From Eledone cirrhosa (taxonomy: Eukaryota): 64,000 bases of DNA. Every line of letters begins with the position of its first letter. Positions within the stretch are counted from its first letter, which is position 1. Shown one piece after another: positions 1 to 12,815 of this stretch. The notes beneath the pieces are model-generated. The model ran no database searches and was not told the DNA's origin. It worked only from the letters and a program-made list of their open reading frames with translations. The stretch is taken from the NCBI GenBank assembly GCA_964016885.1, contig OZ024740.1, positions 173,910,001-173,974,000 of the forward strand. The letters run 5' to 3'. Position numbers and translations under genes: made by a program.

Positions 1-408
1 CAGTGGCTTTGTTCTCAAATTTTATATCTCCAGAGTAGAAGACGTTCTTTTTAGCTTTGTGAGAAGAAGGATCCATAAAAAGTGGATGACTCACGAGCTC
101 AGGCAGATGACTCAATGGTTGAGTCCAGTCCCAGTAAGGAACACCAAGAGTTGAACCATGGGCTGCCAATGCTTGCTCAAACTGTACAATGTACAGTCTA
201 TGCCAAAGAGGGAACGTTGGCATACCATGCAAACAACAGACCACAGTACTTCCATCTGGTGCTTTACAATCTGCTGGTTCACCATGGTAGCCTGCGATGG
301 CTTGGTAACCAGTCGGAGTTTCATCATCCTGCATGGTACGTAGGGCTACCTGCAGATTAAGAACTTCCTCTTCAGATAAGTTGTCCACATTCTTACGGTG
401 TAAATTAC
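1..408 (-). CDS. Hemocyanin, exon encoding the N-terminal part of functional unit a (continues beyond the window edge)
   Basis: After a tttcag acceptor (AG at 410-409, phase 1) the minus strand reads without stops: (G)NLHRKNVDNLSEEEVLNLQVALRTMQDDETPTGYQAIAGYHGEPADCKAPDGSTVVCCLHGMPTFPLWHRLYIVQFEQALAAHGSTLGVPYWDWTQPLSHLPELVSHPLFMDPSSHKAKKNVFYSGDIKFENKAT. It contains the CuA His ligands (YHG, CLHG with the Cys-His thioether motif, WHR) and PYWDW. It closely matches octopus hemocyanin FU-a as I recall it. Confidence 0.97.
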
Positions 409-942
409 CTGAAATATATAGAAAGAGAAAATGTCTTTAATAATCATATTTATCTGAAATTAGGGATTCTTTTGTGAAATTCTTTCCGAAGTGAATTAAT
501 TAAATGTTTCACAATTGAAAGTTTTAAATATACAAAATATTGTACATATGATCTGTATTAGAATAAAAATAAGAGATATTAACTGGAGAATTTGGATCTA
601 AGACGGTCAAGTAATTCATAATCATTTTACTTTGCACCTCAATTCGTTATAGATTTACTGTTGTGTGCATAACATCTAAATATCATGCTCAACTCTAGCA
701 CGTGTTTGCGTGAAGTTTAGAGCATCCAAATATTATCCTTTCAGTGAAAATTCTTTAGAGGAATTCTCAGTACAAAGCTGCCTAATAACAAGCTTACATT
801 TGGCATATGAAAAGTTTCAAACGTGGCTGGAATCACTAGGTGGAGCATAGATTATATTTCTTTCAATAAATAATATGTTTAAAGATGCGGTTCTGCCAGC
901 TTATATAGTCCCCCTGTGTGTACTTATATGCATTGCTCGTCA

Positions 943-1118
943 TGGATTGGCAGTATCAGTAGAGTGTCGGACTCTATGCTTTGACGTATACAGTTACGGC
1001 CCTTTATGATCTGAGTTCAAATCCCGCCGAGGTTAACTTTGCCTTTCGATAAAATAAAGTACCAGTAATGCACTGGGTAATTGCTAGCCTTGTGCCAAAA
1101 GTGGAAACAATTATTATT
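943..1118 (+). mobile_element. tRNA-like SINE (octopus OK-like, Meta/MESC-like central domain) in hemocyanin intron 2
   Basis: tggattggcagtatc head, B-box gagttcaaatcc, gaggttaactttgccttt...gataaaataaagtaccagt core and gaaacaattatt end. The same family recurs at least 8 times in the window. Confidence 0.85.
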
Positions 1119-1449
1119 CGTGAGAACCAAAGATTTCTTTTACAACGCGGAATACCTGGTGGGTAACAGCATCAACATTATGCCCTCAAATGAGATATGC
1201 AATTTGTGATGACAAAATAGGACCAATGAATGTACCACGGGTGTATTAATTTGGACTGGCTTACAGGAGGGAAAATTTACTTTTTCGCATTAACAGTTAT
1301 GCTTTTATTTGGAGCTGATGAGGGCAGCAGGATAGATGTCTAAAACCCACTGTTTCTTTAATAGCCAGACTTAACTAAAGTAACCAAATACTCGTCTAAT
1401 TTTATATGAGGTGGTTTAAATTATAATTAGAAGGGAAAGTATTTATTAC

Positions 1450-1477
1450 CTTCTGCACTTTGTCCGGATAACCAGAA
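1450..1477 (-). CDS. Hemocyanin signal-peptide exon 2 (28 bp, FWLSGQSAE-G)
   Basis: ttttag|TTCTGGTTATCCGGACAAAGTGCAGAAG|gtaata. Phase 0 in and phase 1 out, joining in frame to the FU-a exon. Confidence 0.93.
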
Positions 1478-1697
1478 CTAAAATGTAGAAATATAGTTTT
1501 GATTATATATAAAAGAAAGGCATTTAGACATTGCATTAAATATGAACTTCAAATCAGAATGATATAGAAATATAGACGTGCATATTATAATTTCTAGCAT
1601 TTACCATTTAAATAATTTCTAATATGAAATATATTAATAAAACAGAAAAGTTGACTTCGATATACACGTGAAATCTAATGAATTATGTTCAACTTAC

Positions 1698-1736
1698 GGC
1701 AAAGACGATCGCAAAAAGACAAGGAATTTTCATCAT
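1698..1736 (-). CDS. Hemocyanin signal-peptide exon 1 (MMKIPCLFAIVFA)
   Basis: ATGATGAAAATTCCTTGTCTTTTTGCGATCGTCTTTGCC|gtaagt donor. The spliced leader MMKIPCLFAIVFAFWLSGQSAEG-NLHRK is a hydrophobic signal peptide of the octopus hemocyanin type. Confidence 0.93.
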
Positions 1737-1804
1737 GACTCTTTAACGGTAGTGTTGAGTCTTCTGCTGAAGGCCACACTGTTGAATCATGTCGAAGGGA
1801 CACC

Positions 1805-1811
1805 TTTTATA
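1805..1811 (-). promoter_or_regulatory. TATA box of the hemocyanin gene
   Basis: TATAAAA on the minus strand ~70 bp upstream of the ATG; implies a TSS near 1780. Confidence 0.7.
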
Positions 1812-2758
1812 ACCAATTAAGCAATGCTTTGTTGGCAGTGCAATAATTATATGGCACGTATGCCTGTTTAAACAATAAATCTTAATTATGACATATCATA
1901 AGATCTACAAAGTCAAAACAACATATTGCAGTATCTTTTGCAAATATAATAGATTAATATCTTATTGAATACTACTTCAAATTTTGTTCTATTACGTCAA
2001 TTGCAATTCTAAACTAGCAGTTCTCAACCATCTTCGGTCAAGCGCATTTCTTTGATCTTATAAAATAATCAACAAATGGAACAACTTTTATTTCTCGTCA
2101 TCTGAATTGACTTTTAATGTAAAGAATAAATATTGACCACCTCCCCATCACGAATTTTCTGCATAGTTTTTTTTTGTTTATACTAACAGAATACCCGGCA
2201 TTTCACAGGATGAGCAAATTAGTTATTAATTCAGTTTAAAGAAGCTTTTATGTAAAAAATTAGTTTTTCTTCAAAACATTTATAGCATTTTAGTGTATAA
2301 CTAGCAGAATGGCCCGGCGTTGCTCGGGATTCTAAACATAGATTAGCATGTTTGCCCCCCCCCCCCTCTTCTGAAACAGTACAGAAAAGTACGGAATACC
2401 TCGGCCTTGCGACCGTCGAATAGCAGATTCCACTGACGATTCGTTTGCCCGCCTTATTCTTTTTCTTGCCACTTTCGCAGTATTTCGGCCAATGGAGTAT
2501 CTCTTCCTTCGAGACATGACCTAAAAGCACGACGAAGTACACTAAGACTAACTGGTAGAGTAAGGAGTAAACTCGTCAGTGATGCATGTGATTTCCGAAC
2601 CGTTGACTATGTAATTGCTAAGCCATGAGTGCCGTCTTAACCGGAGCGCGACGTTATGGCTATGTATCTATCTGCATTACGACATTATGAAAACATTGAC
2701 TTCGCTATCTGTGTGTGTGTATATATGTATATATAGTGTATATATGTATATATATATA

Positions 2759-2882
<124 letters not shown>

Positions 2883-2937
2883 GTGAGGTTTTTTTTACAA
2901 AATGAAAAATAACCGAGGTGTCCTACACGAGTGAAAG

Positions 2938-3290
2938 TATAAAGAAAAAAAGATGAAATCGAAAATGCAACTGGAGTCTTATTTAAAAAAATATATATAT
3001 ATATTTATTTGGTTCCTTTACTGGTTTCGCAGTTTTTCTGCTTTTCAAAAGTAGAGTTGAGATGGAGGGTCTGTGGTTTTTCTCACATCTGTGAGAAAAA
3101 CCACAGACCCTCCATCTCAACTCTACTTTTGAAAAGCAGAGAACTGCGAAACCGGTAAAGGAACCAAATAAATTACTCTTTTACTCTTTTACCTGTTTCA
3201 GCCATCCGGCTGAGGCCATGCTGGGGCACCGCCCTAAAAAAAAAAAAAAACTCCAGTTGCATTTTCGATTTCATCTTTTTTTCTTTATAT
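2938..3290. repeat. Fold-back (palindromic) Penelope-like terminus in (TA)n, nested in the Helitron
   Basis: Inverted arms centred at ~3088. The right arm carries a SINE 3'-end insertion (3176-3236) and a hammerhead motif. Confidence 0.8.
3125..3161 (+). ncRNA. Minimal type I hammerhead ribozyme, U3:A8 core variant
   Basis: cuu-UUGAAAA-GCAG agaa CUGC-GAAA-CCGGUA-aag. Palindromic stem III (ACCGGU) and GUA triplet. Confidence 0.6.
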
Positions 3291-3587
3291 ATATATATAT
3301 AGTGTTAGTCGAACCAAAGAGGGCTCGATAAGGATAAATACATATCAAATATATAAGAACCCTAGAGCAAATAATGTTCTCATTGCTGACGTATTATCTT
3401 CGCTTTTTTCCGTTCATTGCCAGGGAACGTCTTCACGAACCAAAGTATCGTCTTCCTGTTTTCCTTCGGTTGCAACGTTTTTCGAAATATTTACTTTTGC
3501 GTTTTATGTTTTCATAATGTCGTAATGCAGACAGCCAGACATGGAGACAGATATTATAAGCTATGTATCTATCTAAAAAGACAGACT

Positions 3588-3661
<74 letters not shown>

Positions 3662-6292
3662 GCAAACCGGCGCCTAATGCGGTCCCTAGGGCATTGAAAA
3701 TTTGAAAATTTTTGCTCAAAACACTCACATAAGTATTACATGTGTAAAGTTTGAAAAAAATCGGTTGGGTGGTTCTCGAGTTTTAGACAGACAGACAGAG
3801 AAACATTTTCTGTTTTAGATATATAGATAAACTCTGCTACAGATACACACTTTAAATGAATTGTATATTTTATAATTCAATTGTCTAAATAGCATGTAGC
3901 TAATTTATGCATTTTATTAAAGAATTTTAAATATAGTAAATACCAACTTTATAATGTGTGAAACGGCTTTCTTTGATTTTATAAAATAATAAACGACTTC
4001 CAATGAGGAAGACTTTTCTCTCCCATCATTTGTATTGTTCTTTAATGTAAAGCGTAAATGTTGACCATCTCTCCATCACGAATTTTCTGCATGTTCTTTT
4101 TGCTTATACTAGCAGAATACTCGGCGTTACTCAGGTTGAACAGTAACTATAAATGTAGCAAACTAGTTTTTAGTGAAAGCACATTCAGTTTAATAGAACA
4201 CTTTCTTTTGAAAGTTATCTTTCAGGTGAAAAATGAATTTATCTCCAAAATATTTATAGCATTTTGGTTCATAATATACTGTGCCATAGATATACATTTA
4301 ATAGGAATAGTATATTTCAATATTTAATTGCATGAATGTCATATAGTTATTAATTCAGGCATACTCCACGCGATCTGAATTTAGAGATTTTCTACTTTTT
4401 ACCATTTAAAAAATTCAGTAAAACTAAATTTATTTGATAATTCTAATGGCAAAAACTAATTTACTACTTAAGAAGGTCGAATGGTAGAATCACTAGATCA
4501 TCAGTGAAAGAGCGCTGAGGTATTCGGTTACCGCCTTTTACGTTCTGTGTTCAAAGCTATCCTGAGGAAGAAGAGGGTAATTGAATGGCATGTTCGTGTG
4601 CGACTCTCATGGTACTACCCTCATTTTGGCCTGTTTATCTCTCGACCCTTCCATGGAATGACTATGCGTGGCTCGCAGAACGTATTGAACCCCGTTTTCA
4701 TATGTTTATCTCTTGACATTTGGATGGTATGCTTTTTGTGCAACTTACGACTGGTCATGCCTTGTGGTTTGTTTAGATTTCGACAATTGAATGAAATGTC
4801 CTCAATTATAGTTCTGAATATATTTGAAATATAATAAAAAATAGTTAACCAGAGATTTAATACAACATATATTCAGATTAATGTTTCAAGTGAAGGATAA
4901 AACATAGTTTATGTTGACATAAAGATAAATTTGACAACAGCTAAATTTAAACTCAAAACGGAAACAGCAAAAATTCAGTAACAATGTTATTGAGAATTAA
5001 TGTACACATAATTCTAACGTCTGATCAGCTGAGTATGAGCAAGTCCCTCTACACAAAATTCAATTTAAATATAATGTTTAAGACAACTCCATTTATTCCA
5101 AGTTCATTAAATGTTTTCAAAAGACTAAATCTGTGACCTGGTTTTGATTTCTATTATTTAAGCTTCTAATACTCCTGCAAAGGTTTATTTTCCTCACAGG
5201 TGAATTTGCTCTCGACACTGCAAACTAGTGAAACAGTTGTGAACTGTAATATATTAAAATCAAATTTATTTTTAGCTAAGTGGATGTTAGCAACAAAGAA
5301 AAGCGAAGAACCATTGTCAAAATATTAACTTAAGCCGGCCTAATGGTAACGCTGCTCCTATGATCAGCTACAATTTTCAACTTTTCTGTTATTTAAAATA
5401 ACCTTATGCAAGCCACAATGAGTATCGTACAAGAAGTAAATTATTCTGCTGCTAATTATTGTGGGGTAAAACATGAACGTCTTATTTTCTATTCTCTTAA
5501 AATAAAGGATTTTACCTCTGGTTTAAAACAACTAATCCCCCTTAGAAAGAAATTCGGAATCTCGATTGGATATTTGAAAGGGCAATTGCTTATCGAGTAA
5601 AAAGAAATGAAAATTCGACCTCAAATATTTAGTGCTTTACGAAATGGATTGCAGACAAGATATAAAACATTAAAAAATATTCATCTAATTACAATCACTG
5701 AATCCCCCAAAAATATTGGCATGCTATTTGTATGATGTTAAGAGATTGAGGGGGTTGAGAAAAATTTTTTTTTTAAAGTTAGACATGTGGTAATATATGG
5801 ATACTAATGAACGATGTAAGACTTTATGCTACTATATTACTGGCAACTGTTTTAGCAACATTGTTAGGGTAAAACATCTCTCAGTTTCGATGGAATATTA
5901 ATTTGGAGATATGAAGTACTTAGTTCCGTAAACATTTTGGTTTTATAAAGGAAACATTTAAAACGGAATATAGAAATATTGAAGTATTGAAATAGATGTC
6001 AAATTCATTTCAGGTGGTATTTAGATAGAAAGCATATGTAACAATGACACTATCAAATTGAATTGTAGTGCTTCAAGGAATATAGGCTTCAACATTTCGA
6101 TATAGTTATGTTGTGAGTCATGTACACAAAAGTGTATGAGTCTAAATTTCTTGAAATTGCCTCCCTTTTTCTCTAAGAGTAGCTTTCAATTGCCACTAGA
6201 TATTTGTTTTCTTTCCCTTTTTAATTGCTTTGGAAATATTTACGTTTTCCACACCAAACTTCACTACCTATCTCATACATCTGTATATATAT

Positions 6293-6296
<4 letters not shown>

Positions 6297-6386
<90 letters not shown>

Positions 6387-6401
6387 GCGCGCACACACAC
6401 A

Positions 6402-6455
<54 letters not shown>

Positions 6456-6585
6456 CATACACACACACAGAAACAGACCCCCCCACACGCACGCACACAC
6501 GCACGCACACACGCACGCACGCACGCACACACGCACGCACGCACGCACACACGCACGCATGCACGCACACACGCACCCCCCACAC
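6297..6585. repeat. (CA)n/(CACG)n compound microsatellite
   Basis: Direct reading; a similar tract lies at 7053-7240. Confidence 0.95.
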
Positions 6586-7048
6586 ACCTCTCCCCACATT
6601 CACTTCTCTGAAGACTGCCAAACCATACTGACGTATTGTTAACTTTTGAAAAGAGTTTAATTATGTTACTATCTTTTGTTATGGCTGTTGCTTATCACCC
6701 CGTTAGCCCTCACCGGACTGATGTACGAATAAAGATGTTCCACCTGTGACCATTCCGACTTTTAGACATAATGTATCTAGGAATTTCTGCCAGGAGTTGC
6801 GACCGATAGATAGTATCAGCGATGGCAAGACCAATGGAACTATTGTTTCCTTAGTCCGATTTGACAAGTTCCACCCCATTCGGTAAGCGAATGACGTCTG
6901 GGATTTTGTCGATTGGACACTATATATCTAGGACTATATTACCCTGTGTGTCGGTACATTTCCTTCTCCAGTTGCTTTTCGCGAGCTTCAATTCAAAACT
7001 GGAAACTAATGGAATACGCACTAATTATACACTACTGCTTACTATAAG

Positions 7049-7153
<105 letters not shown>

Positions 7154-7554
7154 CGCACATACACGCGCGCACATACACACATACACGCACGCACACACAT
7201 ACATACACGCACACGCGCACGCACGCACACCCACCCACACAGATACCCCCCCCCCACATATATATATAAAGCCCACTATGGGTTACACTTGGAAGGTTCC
7301 TCTCCAAGGCGTATGCCTAGACAAAGAGATTTGTTGAAGAAAAACTGTCACTCATGCATGCTACTCTCTCCTCTCACTTCATCGATGTTGTCTAATACAA
7401 CTCCTATAGGACTGGGCAAAGTTTCATTTTCTTTCCAATGGAATGAACTGAACCAACGTAAAATATAATGACTTGCTCAATAATAATACTCGCTGCTTGT
7501 TCCAAGAAACGAACACTATCTTACGGTCGTGAGCCCAACACCCCAACTCCCCAG

Positions 7555-7908
<354 letters not shown>

Positions 7909-9479
7909 CATATATATATATATATATATATATATGTAGATAAATCTACCAAAAGTTTACGGTAGTGTCCAATCCGTATGAAGAACTCAATCCGGATATC
8001 ATGAAAAGAGAAGATGCATTCAAAAACTACTTTCGGTGAAAAGTAAACAGAAAACAGAGTCACGATAAATTAATAAAATAATGAATAAACAAAGAAACAG
8101 TTCCTTATATTAAAAAAATTCATCATTTTACGATCGTTTCTAGGATATATATGTGTTAGAGTTGGTATGCATATTCTATAGATCTATGTACAATATTTAT
8201 ACAAACTATCAGAGGGAATATACATACCTACACATATATATGCTGTCTTCAGAAATAATGATATTTGTTTATTGAAAAAAACAAAGATTCAATACAATAG
8301 GTCTGTTTGGGAACAGGTTTTGAATTGACCAATAGAGAGATAGTGAGGGTCAAGATAGTAATATAGTAGTAGAAGAACCTTAAATTTTGGGTAGAGGAAG
8401 GTAGATTTCAGTTTTGGATGGAAAAGAATATTATGAATGAAGGATTATTTTAGGGAAGAAATAGGTCTTATGCTGACCTCAGAAATAATTTTATTTGTTC
8501 ATTGAATAAAACCAACAAAGATCTAATATATTCTGTCTGTTTGGTAAGAGGTTTAGAATTAACCAATAGAAAGTTAATAATTGGCCAAATGGTAAAATAG
8601 TAGTAATTGAAGCTTATTTTAGGGGTGAAAATAGGTCAGGTGGTCAGTAAAAGGTATAGAAGCAGTTGCTGTTATAAAATAGTAATGCCAATACAAATAT
8701 CTAAGGTGACTAAATTTTTACGATAAGAATGTTAGTGAAAAAAATACATCTATGAAAAGAATATAAATTAATTTAATTGATGGGTATATTTATATTGATA
8801 AAATTATACTAATACATCTAGATATGATGAATAAGAGTTAGATGCAGTTGAAAAGTGCTGTTAAAGATGAGGGGAAATTAAAAGAATATAAAAATAATAT
8901 ATATATATACTTATATATATATATATATTTATATACATATATATACACATACACACACACATATACACATATATATATATATATATACACACACACATAT
9001 ATATATATATACATATACATGCACATATACATACATACATATATATATATACACATATACACACTTACATATACATATAATTATTGGGGGGGGGGAATTA
9101 AATTTATTAGTGAGAAATAATAAATATATATAGTTTTCAAGGAACATAGAGTCATAACCTGAAGTTAAAGCATTATATATGTTTACTTAATGGTATCAGT
9201 TTTAGGAAATGATAGTTGTAAGAAGGAAAGCAAAATTATGTAGTACATCAGTAGTAGAATATTAATTATAGGTTAACTAAATTAAAAATAGTTTATATAT
9301 TAATTTCTAAAGTGTATATTAATTAGGTTTATAATATTTAAAGCAGAATTATGTAGTTCATCAGTAGTAGAATATTAATTATAGGTTAACTAAATTAAAA
9401 ATAGTTTATATATTAATTTCTAAAGTGTATATTAATTAGGTTTATAATATTTAAAGGTTTTTCTCAGTTTATGATTACA

Positions 9480-11540
9480 CGATATTATTAATTCCTTTCG
9501 CTTATTTAATAGGATATCCTTAGATTTCATTATTTCAAAAAGTTCTTGGGAACATAATCTACATTCATATCTACTATTTTGATAAAGGGTGGCCCTTTTG
9601 AGCACACTCCAGGTCAGGTCATAATCTATATTCCTCTTTCTATAACTATTAATTATTTCAGCTAGAGATGTTGTATTAGCTAGTGCGGCATTTTTAAAAC
9701 TATGTTTGTGGGTATTAAATCTTACCTTAAATTTGTTAGAGGTAGCTCCTATATATGAATAAATTGATTACTTAGTGTTAACTTTACATTTATATACTAT
9801 GTTATTAACAAGGCAATTTCCTTTTAATGGACAGTTTGCCTTGTTTCTACAGTTACAACTTTTCGTGAATCCTGTATCTGAGGAGATATTATGGTTAGTT
9901 TGATGTACTGGTGGTATACTCATGGTTTTTTTTACATTTATATGCATTATAGGCACTTATATTTTGTTTTATGTTTTTGGTTGTTGAGTAGGAGAATTTA
10001 ACCGTTGATCTATTTAAGATTTGATGGTATTTGTGGTTTGGCGGGAAGTTTTTCTCTAGGATATTAAAGAATTTTTTAGGTATATTATCCTTAATTTGTA
10101 AATTAAATGGAGCATTATACCAAGTAACTCGTCTATTACGGTTTCGATGTTGTTTATTGTTTTTATAGGATGCATCCTGATGTTTATTAAGAGAATTATT
10201 GTTAATGACCTCACCACACACATTTTTAGTTAGATTTATTGATTTAGGTGCTTTAGCTTGTTTATTAGGAGTTTTATTATTAACATTTATTAGAGTTGTA
10301 GGATGAGTAGTTTTTTGAGAGTTACTATACTGTATATTAGAAGAGTTAGAGAAATTTGGTTTTATGTTGGTGTTTTGGGGTATAGTGTGAGTGGCATTTA
10401 AGTGTGTATGTTTCATTTGGTGTTTGTTGGTAATATTAGGTTGTATGTTTGTAGTGTTATTGGTAGACGGTATATATACTAATCTATTTTTGTGGCCACT
10501 TCTAGCTAGAGCTTCGTTATAAAAGGTCACATTTTTATCAAATACATCTTGGTTAGACGAAAGGTTAGAAGTTCTAAGTGATATATTATATGCAAGGTTT
10601 TTAAGGATAGATTTAGGGTGATTAGATTGTGAGTGTATGTAGTGTAAATTTTGGTTGGGTTTATGGTAAGGTTGGTAGATACCCGTAGATAAGTCTAATG
10701 TTATATCTAGGAAATTAACTACTTTACTTGTGTTTTCAAATGTAATATCTAGACTATAATAGTCTTTAAGGAAAGTTCTAATAAGCTTTTTATTTTTTTC
10801 TATCTCTGAGAGGCTAAGGTTATTAGAAAGAAGAAGACAGTCGTCACGATATAAACCACCTTTAAGGTGGGGAAAGGAAGCATTTATGTTAAAAAGAAGA
10901 AAGAGGCCCACAAGATAAGTAATTTGGGCAGAATCGCTTGAACCCATAGTAATATCGAATAGATTACTATATGTGTTTCTGGTCCAGTATTCATTCTGAA
11001 ATTCCAATAGTGTTCGTCTAGCATGTGTAATAATATTAATGTCATCCAAAGTTAAGTTAGATCTATTTTTAGCAAATATCAAGGCTTTGTTCAGGAGTAT
11101 AGGTGATATAGAAGAATAATAATTATCTATATCAAATTGTAGAAATGAAGCAGAGGATTTATTTCTAATATTATTAAACCAGTTAATTACCTGGGATGTG
11201 TTTTCCCAGAGTGGTAAATTAACATGTTTTCTTAGTTGTGGGATGACTCTATCTAAAATTATTTTACTAATTATTCCAATATCAGATTTGGAAGGGCATA
11301 TAGAAGGATTAGAGTTAAAGTTAGATTTATGATCTTTCAGGTTGAAGTGTGGTCTTTTCAATGCCAAAGGTTCAGTTCTATCTTCAATATTAAGTCTATT
11401 CACTATGCTATGTGTTTTGTTGTTGATGTTGGTAAGTGACGCATTGTTTGTTTTTCTATAATTTTTCCTGAGTTCTATATATATGAACTCATTGTAATTT
11501 TCAATATCCATGTGATATAGATTTCCAGTTTTGTCAACTG
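9480..11540 (-). pseudogene. PLE reverse transcriptase/GIY-YIG endonuclease, frameshifted and truncated
   Basis: ORFs 9895-11511 and 9768-9956 plus a downstream GIY-YIG remnant; Asn/Thr-rich linker after the RT thumb. Confidence 0.85.
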
Positions 11541-12123
11541 CATCTAACTCTTATTTATCATATCTAGATGTATTAGTATAATTTTATCAATATAAATATA
11601 CCCATCAATTAAATTAATTTATATTCTTTTCATAGATGTATTTTTTTCACTAACATTCTTATCGTAAAAATTTAGTCACCTTAGATATTTGTATTGGCAT
11701 TACTATTTTATAACAGCAACTGCTTGTATACCTTTTACTGACCACCTGACCTATTTTCACTCCTAAAATAAGCTTCAATTACTACTATTTTACCATTTGG
11801 CCAATTATTAACTTTCTATTGGTTAATTCTAAACCTCTTACCAAACAGACAGAATATATTAGATCTTTGTTGGTTTTATTCAATGAACAAATAAAATTAT
11901 TTCTGAGGTCAGCATAAGACCTATTTCTTCCCTAAAATAATCCTTCATTCATAATATTCTTTTCCATCCAAAACTGAAATCTACCTTCCTCTACCCATAA
12001 TTTAAGGTTCTTCTACTACTATATTACTATCTTGACCCTCACTATCTCTCTATTGGTCAATTCAAAACCTGTTCCCAAACAGACCTATTGTATTGAATCT
12101 TTGTTTTTTTCAATAAACAAATA

Positions 12124-12265
12124 TCATTATTTCTGAAGACAGCATATATATGTGTAGGTATGTATATTCCCTCTGATAGTTTGTATAAATATTGTACATA
12201 GATCTATAGAATATGCATACCAACTCTAACACATATATATCCTAGAAACGATCGTAAAATGATGA
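12124..12265 (+). ncRNA. Type I hammerhead ribozyme with a very long stem II (mirror copy at ~8120-8262, related copy at ~59895-60028)
   Basis: Stem I ucauuauuu/aaaugauga, CUGAAGA 12133-12139, ~105-nt stem II, GAAA 12245-12248, palindromic ACGAUCGU, GUA triplet. Confidence 0.7.
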
Positions 12266-12313
12266 ATTTTTTAATATAAGGAACTGTTTCTTTGTTTATT
12301 CATTATTTTATTA

Positions 12314-12416
<103 letters not shown>

Positions 12417-12459
12417 TATATATATATATATATAATTATATATATATATATAATTATAT

Positions 12460-12490
<31 letters not shown>

Positions 12491-12775
12491 GGATCACATG
12501 AATCAAAGTTCTGTTCAAACCATTTATTAGCTTACAATTGTTTCGTCCAAACCGAGGTTTGAAGTCTTCGGAGCAATTTTTCAATGATTGTTTACATACA
12601 TGACCTCCTTTCCAACACACTTACTGCTCTGTAGAACAACTGATGTTATTACATTGAGCTATTTATCTTACTGGTAATAAGGTAGTAATAAATGACTGTC
12701 TTTCACTGTTTAGGGTTTAAAATATATAACTATAAAAAGTTTTAGTATATACATAACCATAAATAGTATCCTTAA

Positions 12776-12812
<37 letters not shown>

Positions 12813-12815
<3 letters not shown>

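Noticed and set aside
82-360. Listed ORFs 82-360(+), 112-327(-) and 158-343(+)
   Set aside because: They are alternative frames of the hemocyanin exon; the true frame runs off the window edge.
943-1118. tRNA gene (A/B-box-like motifs)
   Set aside because: No cloverleaf; it is the head of a multicopy SINE.
9480-11540. Selenoprotein-type (Naiad) PLE
   Set aside because: The endonuclease is C-terminal, no in-frame TGA sits at Cys positions, and the disruptions are frameshifts.
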